Assembly (NCBI GenBank): GCA_025360495.1
Contig: JANYCC010000163.1
Span: 1 to 49,345, forward strand
Length of the DNA stretch: 49,345 nucleotides
Source: Verrucomicrobiota bacterium
GTDB taxonomy: Bacteria > Verrucomicrobiota > Verrucomicrobiia > Limisphaerales > UBA9464
Direction of reading: 5' to 3'
The notes under the pieces were generated by a model. That model saw only the letters and a list, made by a program, of their open reading frames with translations, had not been told where the DNA came from and searched no databases. Each line of letters starts with the position of its first letter. The stretch's first letter is position 1. The translations under genes were made by a program, and so were the position numbers. Positions 18,720-29,097 of this stretch are shown piece by piece.

Positions 18720-19540
18720 ATGACCCCATCACGATCCGCGCCGGATTCAGTCCGCCGGCCCGGGTGACCGACGTCGTGTTCGACTGGGACGGGACCCTCT
18801 CTTATATCCGGGCGGGTTGGGGCGAGGTGATGCAGGCGCTGTTTCTCACCCATCTCCCGGCCGTCGCCGGCGAAGACCTGGAAAGCCGGCGCCGGTTGGC
18901 CCATGACGACATCTGGCGTCTCAATGGCAAACCGACCATCCATCAGATGCAATGCCTCGCCGAACGGGTCACTGATCGGGGCGGTCGCGCCCTGTCCCCG
19001 GGCGATTACCTCGACTTATATGCCCGGGCGCTCGGTCGGGTGGTGGGGGCGCGCTTGGATGATGTCCGGAGCGGGTTGGCGACGGCGGATGACTTCATGC
19101 CGCCGGGCACCCGCACCCTGCTGCAGTCCCTGCTTCAGCAGGGGGTGCGACTCCATGTGGCGAGTGGCACCGAACAACATCATGTCATCGCGGAAGCCGA
19201 AGCCCTCGGGGTGGCACCTTGGTTTGAAGGGCGGATCCATGGCCCGCTGACCGCCGACGATCGCAATTACAGCAAACGCGGCATCATGGAAGCCGTGCTC
19301 GACCAGCAGCGCATCCTTCCTGCGCAATTGGCGGTATTTGGGGACGGGCAGGTGGAGATCGAGCAGGCCCGATCGCTGGGGGCCACCGCCATCGCCGTGG
19401 CCACCGACGAGGAGATCTTCGGCTCGGGTCGGATCGATCCCTTCAAACAGGCGCGACTCAGTGCGGTGGGTGCCGATGCCGTGATCCCGGATTACCGCAA
19501 TCTACCCGGATTGCTGGCGTTGCTGGGAATCACGCCGTGA
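18716..19540 (+). CDS. HAD-family hydrolase
   Basis: VVFDWDGTLS motif I and FGDGQVE motif IV; ATGA overlap with the upstream gene. Confidence 0.88.
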   Translation: MNDPITIRAGFSPPARVTDVVFDWDGTLSYIRAGWGEVMQALFLTHLPAVAGEDLESRRRLAHDDIWRLNGKPTIHQMQCLAERVTDRGGRALSPGDYLDLYARALGRVVGARLDDVRSGLATADDFMPPGTRTLLQSLLQQGVRLHVASGTEQHHVIAEAEALGVAPWFEGRIHGPLTADDRNYSKRGIMEAVLDQQRILPAQLAVFGDGQVEIEQARSLGATAIAVATDEEIFGSGRIDPFKQARLSAVGADAVIPDYRNLPGLLALLGITP

Positions 19541-19541
19541 A

Positions 19542-20969
19542 TCACCGGGTCAACCGGTAGAGATCCTGTGCACCGGAGATCGGATGGACGACCGTGTTCT
19601 TCCCGTTGACGACGATCGGGTCCGGCGAAACGGTGGTCCAGACACCGGGCGGCACCATGTCGGTGGTGGATTGCAGGAAGAATCCCGCTGAATTGCCCGG
19701 CCACGACACGATCACTTCCGCTCCCGAGCGATTGATGGACAACGCCGGCGGCGGCGGCAACGCGACACTGAACAGGGTGCCATAGCCCGAACTCCCGCCA
19801 TTACCCGCCGTCCCGTATAGGATGTTGCCCACCAGGACCAATCCCGCCTGAGGGCCATACCCGTCCCCATTTGTCGCGGGGAACGACCCGGATGCCGCGG
19901 TGAAGCTATGCAAGATGGCGAAAGCCCCGCCGTGGGTGTTGACGGCGAAGACCGAACCGTGGCCCGAACCACCGCCCTCGGACGCGGTCCCGTACAGGGT
20001 GGATCCCGACAGGACCAATCCGGCCCTCGGACCGGCTCCATCGCCGCCGACGAAAGCATGCAAGGTCCTGAAATCTGTCCCGTCAACCTGGACCGAGAAC
20101 ACCGTGCCCTTACCCGGATCGCCCCCCCCGAGGGCCGTCCCATAAAGGGTGTTTCCCGCCAGTATCAAACCGGCGGACGGAGTGACCCCATCGCCATTTC
20201 CCGTGAAATCATGCAGGATGGCAAAACCAGAGCCATCGGCATTGACCTTGAACACCGTGCCACCCCCCGACAATCCGCCCCGGGTTGCCGTCCCGTACAG
20301 GACGTTGTCCGAAAGGACCAATCCGGCCTGCGGCGACACCCCGTCGCTGCCGCCGGAGAATTGGTGCAGGGTCTCGAAGCCGGTGCCGTCGGTGTTGAGA
20401 GTGAACAACGCGCCTTTGTCGGAGGTGCCGCCCCCATTGGCCGTCCCGTACAGGGTGTGATCCGCAACCACCAACCCGGCCTGCGGCCAGGCCCCATCCC
20501 CGTTGGTATAATCCGGGGCACCGGAGTTGGCCGTGAAGCTGTGGAGATTCTTGAAACCGCTCCCGCTGATGTTCACGGAAAACACCGAGCCATTCCCCGA
20601 ATCGCCTCCGGAAAACGCCGTCCCATAAAGGATGTTGTCCGACAACACCAATCCGGCCACGGGATTGGCACCGTCGCCATTGGCAAAGGAAGGGGCGGGG
20701 TTTGCCGTGAAATGATGGAGGATGGCGAAACCGGTGCCGTTGGTGGTGATTTTGAACAACGTGCCCTTGCCCGCAGTGCCTCCCTGAATCGTCGTTCCGT
20801 AGAGGGCATTGCCCGATGAAATCAATCCCGCCCGTGGAAATCCCCCTCCACTGCCGCCGGTGAAACTGTGCAGATTCTTATAGGTCTGGGCCGCGGCCCG
20901 ATCCCACGGCAGGAGGCCGAGACCGGCGATCAGCAGGGGCAGGAGGAATGAACGGACGGGATGGGTCAT
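19542..20969 (-). CDS. Secreted Gloeobacter/Verrucomicrobia (GloVer) tandem-repeat protein
   Basis: Signal peptide MTHPVRSFLL...AAAQ; about 6 repeats of P.AGL..SG..LYGT...GG..G.G.VF.....G..F..LH.F; C-terminal LSI...VSWP...LQST...YRL tail. Alternative start at 21053. Confidence 0.88.
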   Translation of the reverse strand: MTHPVRSFLLPLLIAGLGLLPWDRAAAQTYKNLHSFTGGSGGGFPRAGLISSGNALYGTTIQGGTAGKGTLFKITTNGTGFAILHHFTANPAPSFANGDGANPVAGLVLSDNILYGTAFSGGDSGNGSVFSVNISGSGFKNLHSFTANSGAPDYTNGDGAWPQAGLVVADHTLYGTANGGGTSDKGALFTLNTDGTGFETLHQFSGGSDGVSPQAGLVLSDNVLYGTATRGGLSGGGTVFKVNADGSGFAILHDFTGNGDGVTPSAGLILAGNTLYGTALGGGDPGKGTVFSVQVDGTDFRTLHAFVGGDGAGPRAGLVLSGSTLYGTASEGGGSGHGSVFAVNTHGGAFAILHSFTAASGSFPATNGDGYGPQAGLVLVGNILYGTAGNGGSSGYGTLFSVALPPPPALSINRSGAEVIVSWPGNSAGFFLQSTTDMVPPGVWTTVSPDPIVVNGKNTVVHPISGAQDLYRLTR

Positions 20970-21244
20970 GCCACGACCCCGGGACGGTCCGGTGGGACTG
21001 GTGGGGTGGTGGACGGCACCGGCTGCCGCGCCGCTGTCGAAAAGGGGTTTCATGTTTTTTTGACGCCGGAATTCCAAGGGCCGTGGTCCCGGGGCCGCGG
21101 CATTCCCTGTCGATTGCCGCCCCGCCCCGAACGCACCCTTCCCCAGCCAGTGCGGAATTCCCGTCCCCAAGGCGCCAAATGATTTCAGAAACCTTTCCGG
21201 ACGGTGCCCGGCGACGCGTGCCCAGCCCGACCCCGCACCCGCGG

Positions 21245-21835
21245 TCACGCCCGTTCCATCTCATGCCGCAGCCAGGCCTTGGCATAAGCCCATTGGCGCA
21301 TGGCCGTCCGCTCCGAGATGCCCAGGATTCCCGCCGACTCCTCAATGCTCAACCCGACGAAATACCGCAGCTTGACCAACTCCGCCTTTTCCGGGTCTTC
21401 GGCGGCAAACTTCCCGAGGGCCTCATGGACCGCGAGGACTTCGTCATCACTCACCGGGGCGACGATCTCCACCTCCGCCACATCGACCCGCTCCTGTCCG
21501 CCCCCGTGGCGCCGGGCCTGTCGGCGCCGGGCGCGATCAATCAGGATGCGGCGCATCGCCTCGGAGGCTGCGCCAAAGAAGTGCGCACGGCTTTTCCAGT
21601 GCGGCGGCGGGTCACCCGCAACCCCCGCGACCCGCAGCCAGGCGTCGTGCACCAGCGCCGTGGCCTGAAGCGTCTGACCCGGCGCCTCCAACGCCATCCT
21701 CGAAGCCGCCAACTGGCGGAGCTCGGTGTAAACGAGCGCCAGCAACTCTTCACCGCCATGCCCGTCACTGCTGGCGATCCCGTCCAGAATGCGGACCAGG
21801 TCGTGAGGCGGGACATGGGGATGAGGATCACTCAT
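21245..21835 (-). CDS. ECF sigma factor, Rhodopirellula/Verrucomicrobium kinase-associated type
   Basis: LLALVYTELRQLA, QTLQATALVHDAWLR, AMRRILIDRARRR, VKLRYFVGLS, WAYAKAWL. Confidence 0.93.
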   Translation of the reverse strand: MSDPHPHVPPHDLVRILDGIASSDGHGGEELLALVYTELRQLAASRMALEAPGQTLQATALVHDAWLRVAGVAGDPPPHWKSRAHFFGAASEAMRRILIDRARRRQARRHGGGQERVDVAEVEIVAPVSDDEVLAVHEALGKFAAEDPEKAELVKLRYFVGLSIEESAGILGISERTAMRQWAYAKAWLRHEMERA

Positions 21836-21877
21836 TCAGCGGTTCTTTCCAAGGCAACGGGCCGTGACTTTTCCCCG

Positions 21878-24800
21878 TCATTTTACTCCCATTTCAAGGG
21901 CCGGACCCCCGATCAACTTTTCTGCCTCTTGCAGGAGCAGCCTGGCAACCAGCCAGTCCGGGTCGCCCGCTTTCCCGCGCCACTGGGGCAGGATCTGTTG
22001 GCGGGCCTCCTGGAGCCCGGCCCGCGCACCCTCCCGATCATTCTGTTGGTGGCGGATCATCGCGAACAGGACCGAAGCCGCGGCTTTCGACGGCGGCCAC
22101 GGAATGTCCATCCGGTTCAACTGCTCCGCTGCCCGGGCCCAGTGTCCCGCACGATATTCGTTCAGTCCAGAGGTCAGAAAAAACCAGTGACGAAGGTCTG
22201 CGTCCCCTTCCAAGCCGCGGGCACTTTCAATGATGGCGGCAATGTCCGCGGCGGCGACTCCGGAATCGGGAGCCAGGAGACAGACCTTGGCCGTGCTGTC
22301 GGCCTCGTTCACCACTCCCGTATCCTTGAAGCGTTTCACCATCGCCGCGCAGGTCGCCCGGTAGCGCGGGTGATCCCGCCCCGCAACTTCCACGGCGGCC
22401 AAAAGGAACCAGACCATCCGCTCGTCCAAAGACCGACCTTCCCGCAGGCGTTCCTCCAAGGAATCCGCCGCTTCGGCAAATCTCCCTTCCTCGGCCAGTT
22501 TTTCCGCCGAGAGCGGTTGTTTCCAAAACTGCGCTGAGGACATCGAGGGCAACTGCTCGGTGCCGTCGAACTCAAAGGACAGGTACTTCAGCTTCGGCAG
22601 ATTGCGCAGGGCTTCCAAGTTGAGCGGGTCCGGTGGCAGGGTGATGCGTTCGAGGGTCGGAATCTCGGCCAGCACACCCACGTTCATGCCCGCGGCACCG
22701 CCGTCCAGGAAAAGGCTGGTGAGGGGCAGGCCTATGAGTGGGCGCACGTCGGTCACCTTCCCATTTTGAACACTGAGGAACCGGAGCGGCATTCCCTCCA
22801 GCGGGGTCAGGTCCGCGACTTTCGTGTTGGACAGCACGAGCACTGAAATGGGTGCTCCCGTCAGGCAGGTGAGGTCGCTCACGGCCTGATCCTGAATCGT
22901 GACGGACCACGTGCCATCCGGGAATGTCCGGTCCAGCGTGACCCTGCCTCCCGCCTTTCGCAACGGACCGAGGAACCGTGCCTGCCGGTCCCATTCCCGC
23001 CAAAACCGGTCTTTCGGACGAACGAGTTTGAGGGAACCCGGACCCGACGGGCGAACGGAATCGAGCTGCCGGATTCCCGGGTGCGTCCTCAGTGCGGAAA
23101 TGGCGGCATATTCCGCCTCCGGCAGGTTGGGGGAACCGATGGGAAGCACCAACACCTCCAGCGTTGGAAGGCGGGAGAGCACGGAGAAACCGGATGATTG
23201 GTCACACCCGTGCAGGCTGAGTTCCCGGAGCGGCATCTTGAGCAGGAAACCAAGATCCCGGACATAGGGTGCGTCCTGGATCGACAGTGTTTCCAATGGC
23301 AGGTCCGCAAGCGGGCTGAGGTCCTTGGCCAGAACCGCGGTCGCGAAGAGCTTTCTCAACTTCGTTTCTGACAGCGCGGAGAGATCATTGATGGGCAAAT
23401 ACTCAATGGCCAGGACTTCCAATGGCATGCCCCGGAGAGGGGCCAGATCCGCCACCCCGGTTCCGCCGATGGACAACTCCTTCAATGGCAAACCGTGCAG
23501 GGCCGCAAGATTGGTGATCTTGGTGCCGGTCGCGTACAGCCTCTCGAGGCCCGAAAGGCTCATCAGTGGCGACAAATCCGAGAGATGCGTCCTCCGCACC
23601 GAGAGTTCCTTCAGTGGCATCCCGTGCAACGGACCGAGTTCCTCGATGCCCACGCACTCATCGCAGTTCAGCACCCCGAGCGGCATTCCTGCGAGCGGGC
23701 GAAGATCCGTGATCTTCGTTTCGCTCAGGTCCAGGGCGAGCAGCCCGTCCGACCGCATCGTGAGGCGGTTTTCGAGCGGCGTCTCCGGCGGGATCGGCAA
23801 TGTTTTGAGCCGTTCCAGCCAGTAGGCCAGGAGGACTTTCTTTTCCTCGTTCAAAAGCCTGCCCACCCGCATGAGTTCGGCCGCGGACCGATGTTCCGTC
23901 TGCATCGCGACGAAGAGCTCGCCCAGGTTTTCACGCGCCAGCGCCCGCGGATCGGCAGATGCCGCGAGCAGCCTGTCGCACAGTGCCGCATTGGATTTGG
24001 CGCGCAGGTCGTCCGGTGCCAGCACCAGCACCGCCCGGTAGGCCGCTGCGGCTTCTGCCAACCGGAGTTGGCATTGTAACAGGTCGGCTTTGGCCCCCAG
24101 GTATTCGGCAGAATCCGGCCGGAGCTTCAGGGCATAGTCCAGCTTGTCGATGGCCCCGTCGAATTGCTCCCGGGCCACCAATGTCCGCGCCAATTCGGCG
24201 AAGGCCGGTGCGGTCGCCCGTAAATCCTCCAGGACCGCGCGGGTGCGTCTCTCGGCCGTCACGGCCCGCTCCGCCTCAGATCGCGCCCGTGTCGCCTGAT
24301 GCTCGGCCCGGGCCGCCTGCCAGACACTCGCCGTCAGCCCGACCACCAGCGCCGCCGCCACGGCCACCGCCGCCGAAACGGAAAACTTGTTTCGCCGCGC
24401 CAGGCGTTGAAAGCGATAGAGCCGGCTGGCAGGTCGGGCCAGGACCGGCTCGTCGTCCAGATGCCGCTGGAGGTCCATGGCCAGCTCATTGGCAGTCTCA
24501 TACCGCCGGGTCCGGTCCTTCTCGAGCGCCTTCATCACAATCCAGTCCAGGTCGCCCCGGAGGGTGCTGATGAGTTTCACGCCGTCGAGGCGACGGCACC
24601 GGGCCAGTTTCGTCCGCACATCGGCCCCCAGGGTGCTGAGAAACGTGGAGGGCCTTTGGGGTTCCCGCTCCCGGATCACCCGACGCATCTCATCATATCC
24701 AGCCTTCAGGAATTCCTGGGGATCAAAGGGCGTCCGGCCCGCAAGCAACTCATAGAGGAGCACGCCCAGGCTGTAGATGTCACTGCGGGTGTCGAGATCG

Positions 24801-25639
24801 GACCCGTCCCTCTCCACCTGCTCCGGGCTCATGTAGAGCGGCGTGCCGATCACCTGGTCAAACCGGGTGTGAATCGTCGGATCGGTGAGTTGATGTTGCC
24901 GGGTCGCTTTGGCCACCCCAAAATCGATCACCTTGGGGACTCCCGCGTCCGCCGGACCGTCGCCCTGGGTCACCAGGATATTGGAGGGCTTCAGATCCCG
25001 GTGAATGATCCCCTTCTGGTGGGCGTGCTGCACGGCATGGCAGACTTCGATGACCAACTTCAGACGTTCCTGGATGGGCAGGTTCCCCCGGTCGCAGTGA
25101 TCGGTGATCCGGATCCCACGCACCAGTTCCATGGCGAAAAAGGGACGCCCAAATCGCGTGGCTCCGGCGTCGAGAACGCGGGCGATATTGGGGTGCTCCA
25201 TCAGGGCCAGGGCCTGGCGTTCCTGCTCAAAGCGGACCATCACCTCCTGCGTATCCATTCCCAGCTTGATGATCTTCAGGGCCACCCGCCGACGCACCGG
25301 CCGTTCCTGCTCCGCCACCCAGACCACCCCGAATCCGCCTTCCCCAATCTGTTCCACCAGCCGATAGGGTCCGATGCGTTCCCCCGCTTGCTCCGGCTTC
25401 AGACGGGCCAACTCAGCGGCAACCCCGGGATCATCCGGACGCGGCGTTCGATCAACAACGGGCGTCTTTTCAAGGAATTCGTCCGCACTGTCGTAGGCGA
25501 ACAGGAGCTCCCTCAGCCGTTCGCGCAATCCGGCATCCGCCCCGCAGAATCCTTCGACGAACGCGTCCCGCGCTTCCCGTGATGGCTGATCAATCGCCTG
25601 GTTGAAGGCAGCCTCGATTCGCTGAAGGCGGGGGTCCAT
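21878..25639 (-). CDS. Hanks-type Ser/Thr kinase with TM helix, TPR-like and LRR domains
   Basis: GEGGFG, VALK, HRDLKPSN, DFG, GTPLYMSPEQ; TM SVSAAVAVAAALVVGL; two blocks of L..L.....I.DL.PL.GMPL repeats. Confidence 0.95.
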   Translation of the reverse strand: MDPRLQRIEAAFNQAIDQPSREARDAFVEGFCGADAGLRERLRELLFAYDSADEFLEKTPVVDRTPRPDDPGVAAELARLKPEQAGERIGPYRLVEQIGEGGFGVVWVAEQERPVRRRVALKIIKLGMDTQEVMVRFEQERQALALMEHPNIARVLDAGATRFGRPFFAMELVRGIRITDHCDRGNLPIQERLKLVIEVCHAVQHAHQKGIIHRDLKPSNILVTQGDGPADAGVPKVIDFGVAKATRQHQLTDPTIHTRFDQVIGTPLYMSPEQVERDGSDLDTRSDIYSLGVLLYELLAGRTPFDPQEFLKAGYDEMRRVIREREPQRPSTFLSTLGADVRTKLARCRRLDGVKLISTLRGDLDWIVMKALEKDRTRRYETANELAMDLQRHLDDEPVLARPASRLYRFQRLARRNKFSVSAAVAVAAALVVGLTASVWQAARAEHQATRARSEAERAVTAERRTRAVLEDLRATAPAFAELARTLVAREQFDGAIDKLDYALKLRPDSAEYLGAKADLLQCQLRLAEAAAAYRAVLVLAPDDLRAKSNAALCDRLLAASADPRALARENLGELFVAMQTEHRSAAELMRVGRLLNEEKKVLLAYWLERLKTLPIPPETPLENRLTMRSDGLLALDLSETKITDLRPLAGMPLGVLNCDECVGIEELGPLHGMPLKELSVRRTHLSDLSPLMSLSGLERLYATGTKITNLAALHGLPLKELSIGGTGVADLAPLRGMPLEVLAIEYLPINDLSALSETKLRKLFATAVLAKDLSPLADLPLETLSIQDAPYVRDLGFLLKMPLRELSLHGCDQSSGFSVLSRLPTLEVLVLPIGSPNLPEAEYAAISALRTHPGIRQLDSVRPSGPGSLKLVRPKDRFWREWDRQARFLGPLRKAGGRVTLDRTFPDGTWSVTIQDQAVSDLTCLTGAPISVLVLSNTKVADLTPLEGMPLRFLSVQNGKVTDVRPLIGLPLTSLFLDGGAAGMNVGVLAEIPTLERITLPPDPLNLEALRNLPKLKYLSFEFDGTEQLPSMSSAQFWKQPLSAEKLAEEGRFAEAADSLEERLREGRSLDERMVWFLLAAVEVAGRDHPRYRATCAAMVKRFKDTGVVNEADSTAKVCLLAPDSGVAAADIAAIIESARGLEGDADLRHWFFLTSGLNEYRAGHWARAAEQLNRMDIPWPPSKAAASVLFAMIRHQQNDREGARAGLQEARQQILPQWRGKAGDPDWLVARLLLQEAEKLIGGPALEMGVK

Positions 25640-25901
25640 CAAGGAGAGGAGGCACCATCCGGCCGCCAATACGAGATCAACTGCCGGGAATCTGCGCGTC
25701 GGATTCCCGCGTTCCCTTCACGGAAACGGCGGGTGCGGAAGTGGTCCTTGGGCCCACACACCGCTCACGAACCCCCCCCTCACCCGTGCTGCATCCCCAC
25801 CCGGATGATCCGTCAAGTCCCCGCACCTGCCGGGTTTACAATGCGAATGATCCCAGCCAATGTCCCCCGCACGGGAGGCCGGGCTTCCCCTTTTTGAGCG
25901 C

Positions 25902-26903
25902 ATGACTGCTGATATCCGACACGATTGGTCGCTGGACGAATTGCAGGCGACCCATGACATCCCCTTGCTGGAACTCGTGTTCCGGGCGGCGTCCGTCCAC
26001 CGGCAATTCCATGACCCGGCGGAGATGCAGGTCAGCAAGCTGATCTCGATCAAGACCGGGGCCTGTCCTGAAGACTGTTCGTATTGCGCCCAATCGTCCC
26101 GTTACAGCACCGGCATCGACCCCGCCGGCCTGATGGACAAGGATCGGGTGTTGGAAATCGCGGTGCGGGCCCGGGAAGCCGGCGTGTCCCGCGTCTGCCT
26201 GGGTGCAGCTTGGCGAAGCGTGCGCGATGGCGAGCAATTCGACCGCGTGCTGGAGATGGTCCGGTCGGTGACCGACCTGGGATTGGAAGTCTGTTGCACG
26301 CTGGGGATGCTCTCCGAGGACCAGGCCCGACGCCTCGAACACGCCGGTCTTTACGCCTATAATCATAATGTCGATTCGTCCGCCGAGTTTTACGAGACGA
26401 TCATCACGACCCGCACGTACGCCGATCGGTTGGAGACCCTGGCCAATGTCCGGAAGACCCATCTCACCATGTGCTCGGGCGGGATCATCGGCCTTGGGGA
26501 AACCGTCTTGGACCGCCTCAAAATGCTCCAGACCCTGTCGTCGATCCGGCCCCATCCGGAATCGGTGCCGATCAACATCCTCAGCAAGGTGGTCGGAACG
26601 CCGCTCGCCGGGCAGGCCGATGTCCCGGTCTGGGAGGTGATCCGGATGATCGCCACCACCCGGTTGGTGATGCCCGCCTCGGACGTGCGACTCACGGCGG
26701 GTCGGGTGAAATTGGATCAGACGGCGCAGGCGCTTTGTTTCCTGGCGGGTGCCAATTCGATCTTCTCGAGTGAGACCGAGTTCATGCTGACCAAGGCGGT
26801 GCCGTCGCCGAGTTATGATGCCGACCGGGTCCTGCTGGAGGCACTGGGGATGCGGATGCGCGAGCCCTTCCAGCACGGCCAGGCCGTGACCGTTTGCGGT
26901 TGA
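25902..26903 (+). CDS. bioB: Biotin synthase
   Basis: [46 protein letters not shown]. Alternative start at 25860. Confidence 0.96.
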   Translation: MTADIRHDWSLDELQATHDIPLLELVFRAASVHRQFHDPAEMQVSKLISIKTGACPEDCSYCAQSSRYSTGIDPAGLMDKDRVLEIAVRAREAGVSRVCLGAAWRSVRDGEQFDRVLEMVRSVTDLGLEVCCTLGMLSEDQARRLEHAGLYAYNHNVDSSAEFYETIITTRTYADRLETLANVRKTHLTMCSGGIIGLGETVLDRLKMLQTLSSIRPHPESVPINILSKVVGTPLAGQADVPVWEVIRMIATTRLVMPASDVRLTAGRVKLDQTAQALCFLAGANSIFSSETEFMLTKAVPSPSYDADRVLLEALGMRMREPFQHGQAVTVCG

Positions 26904-26920
26904 CCTCTCGGAAGGAGCCT

Positions 26921-26944
26921 GACCACGGATTCCACGGATTCCGG
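26921..26944. repeat. Short copy of the ACCACGGAT 9-mer family
   Basis: gaccacggattccacggattccgg between convergent genes; resembles 6483-6548. Confidence 0.55.
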
Positions 26945-26964
26945 AGAGCCAGGCTGATTCCCCT

Positions 26965-27768
26965 TCAACCGGGCGGTTCCAGTCGCACCTGGCCGTCGCT
27001 CACCCCCCAGCCTCCATCCACGGCGATCACCTGGCCGGTGACAAACCGACTTTCCTCAGACAAGAGCCATACAACCGCGGCATCCAAGTCCTCCGGTCGC
27101 CCGATCCGACCGCCATCCAACGGCTGTTTGGTGCGGATGAAATCCAGGATGGCGACGTCTCCTTGGGCCCGCTGGGACATCGGGGTGGCGACCAAGCCTG
27201 GGGCGAGCACATTGAAACGGAGCCCGTTCGCGGCGTAGTAGGCGGCGGCTGAACGGGTGAGCCCGACGATGGCGGCTTTGGCCGCGGCGTAGGCGTGCGT
27301 GGCAAAGAAACGTGGGGACGGCGAGGAACCCAGGACGGATCCGCAATTCACCACACTCCCGCCCCCGCCCTGTTCCAAGAACGCCTGCACGGCCGCCCGG
27401 TTGGAGTTGAAAACCGTCGTGAGGTTGAGGTTGAGCGTATGGTCCCAACCCTCCGCGGTGATCTCGTGCAACGGACCGTCCCCTTGCCGCCGACCGCTTC
27501 CGCCCGCCACATGGTACAGGCCATGGAAACCTCCGAATTCAACCCGGGCCGTCCGGATTGCCTCGACCGCAGTGTGCCTTTCGATGGCGTCCGACGTCAG
27601 CACCCGCACGGCCGATCCCAATTCGGTGGCCAGGGCGTTCGCCTTGTCCGGATCGCGACCGACGGACACCACTCGCGCGCCGGCCCGGACGCAGGCCCGC
27701 GTGGCCGAGAGACCCAGACCGCTGGTGCCGCCGATCACCACGATGCACTTGTCGGAAAGAACGGCCAT
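26965..27768 (-). CDS. SDR family oxidoreductase
   Basis: IGGTSGLG, YAAAK (YxxxK), FVTGQVIAVDGG. Confidence 0.93.
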   Translation of the reverse strand: MAVLSDKCIVVIGGTSGLGLSATRACVRAGARVVSVGRDPDKANALATELGSAVRVLTSDAIERHTAVEAIRTARVEFGGFHGLYHVAGGSGRRQGDGPLHEITAEGWDHTLNLNLTTVFNSNRAAVQAFLEQGGGGSVVNCGSVLGSSPSPRFFATHAYAAAKAAIVGLTRSAAAYYAANGLRFNVLAPGLVATPMSQRAQGDVAILDFIRTKQPLDGGRIGRPEDLDAAVVWLLSEESRFVTGQVIAVDGGWGVSDGQVRLEPPG

Positions 27769-27913
27769 GAGAGGTTGATGATGACGGGGCATCGACCGGT
27801 GGGCGAGTCCCCAAAAGAAGGGCGCCGGTCATTCCGGGCCCTGCCGGGGTGGGACTGACGGCAGCAACCAAAACAGAACAACCGGCGCCAAAAAGGGCCG
27901 CATGCGGGCTTGT

Positions 27914-28372
27914 TTATCCGACGGACACCCGGATCGGGCGATGTTCGGCCAGGCGTTTTGCGCGGAATCCGGGATCCTCCTGCACCAACCGGAGCAAGAC
28001 TTCGGAAAGCGCCGCGATGGCCAGGGGTTTTTCGCAGACTGCCAGCACCCCGGCCTGGGCGGCCGCCGCGTACACGTCGCCATGCACGCTGAGCAACACC
28101 ACCCCCACCGCCGGGTTGACCTGTTGCAATCCGCTCAAAACCTCCCAACCCCCGCGCTGCGGCCGGTTCACGTCCAGAAGCACCAAGTCAAAAAGACCGG
28201 CGGCATACCGGTGCACGCCGTCCGATCCATCCCCCACGGAACTCACCTCGAATCCCTCGCACTCCAACGCCATCCGGAGCGATTCCCTCACTTCGGGATC
28301 CGACTCGATCAGGAGAAGTTGCCCCCGCCTGGAGCGCACCGGAACCGATGGGATGGCCGCGGGAGCGGTCAT
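27914..28372 (-). CDS. Single-domain response regulator (REC)
   Basis: LLLIESD, DLVLLDV, CEKP; no output domain. Confidence 0.8.
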   Translation of the reverse strand: MTAPAAIPSVPVRSRRGQLLLIESDPEVRESLRMALECEGFEVSSVGDGSDGVHRYAAGLFDLVLLDVNRPQRGGWEVLSGLQQVNPAVGVVLLSVHGDVYAAAAQAGVLAVCEKPLAIAALSEVLLRLVQEDPGFRAKRLAEHRPIRVSVG

Positions 28373-28396
28373 GGGGGGATCACCCGGGGATGCCGG

Positions 28397-28660
28397 TCAG
28401 GCCCCGCGGTGGGCCGGAGCCGTTTTCCGCGACGCGCTCTTCGGCGCCGGGGCCCCCTTGTGGGACTTGGGTTTGCTGACCCGTTTGTGAGGCTTGGCCT
28501 TGGACTTCTTGGCCGATTTCGCGGCCGGCTTGGACGGTGCGCTCAGCGGCGGATTTCCACCCGGCGGATTTCCACCCGGCGAAACGGGGGCCTCTTCGGC
28601 CATTGCCAGCCCCCCGACGGAGAGCGCGATCGAAACCAAAATCATTCGGATTGTTTTCAT
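28397..28660 (-). CDS. Small exported Lys/Pro/Ala-rich basic protein
   Basis: Signal peptide MKTIRMILVSIALSVGGLAMA, PGGNP twice, KPAAKSAKKSKAKPHKRVSKPKSHK; 87 aa. Confidence 0.72.
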   Translation of the reverse strand: MKTIRMILVSIALSVGGLAMAEEAPVSPGGNPPGGNPPLSAPSKPAAKSAKKSKAKPHKRVSKPKSHKGAPAPKSASRKTAPAHRGA

Positions 28661-28844
28661 GGAGACAGAGCTTAGCTCGAATCGCAAATCGGGCGCAACG
28701 GCGGGTCTCCTCCAATGGGGCCAACCCTCATGACGATCCAACCTCTCGTCGGTGATCCCGCGCCGCCAGCAAACAGGCCGGACAGCGCAGAGGTTTCCCG
28801 CCGCTGCGGCCGAAGGCGTGATACGCCGTCGACGAAGAAGGGAC

Positions 28845-28862
28845 ACGCGAACGCCGTGCCAA
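28845..28862 (-). promoter_or_regulatory. Putative sigma54 (-24/-12) promoter
   Basis: Minus strand TTGGCACGGCGTTCGC is GG-N10-GC with a TGGCACG -24 box; divergent from a sigma54 activator operon. Confidence 0.65.
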
Positions 28863-29097
28863 GAGTCCCGACCGGAAGACCCCCGCCAATTCCGCCCGAA
28901 TCCGCGAACTTTTTGCGGGGGCGCATCGGGCGATCGGCCAGTTGATTGCCACTTTGGAAAGGGATTGGCCATGCGACCGGGTTTTGCCGGCCCCGCCATG
29001 AAACCCATGGGACGGGTTGCGCAGTGGGGTTTGGGGTGCGTCTTGAAGTTCGTCCCTGACGCACCGGCCCGCTCGGGTGCACACTCAACCCCAACGG

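Noticed and set aside
27890-27912. Possible terminator after the REC gene
   Set aside because: The stem is short and mismatched; insufficient support.
28936-28952. Second GG-N10-GC on the minus strand (TGGCAATCAACTGGC)
   Set aside because: Poorer match to the sigma54 consensus than 28845-28862.
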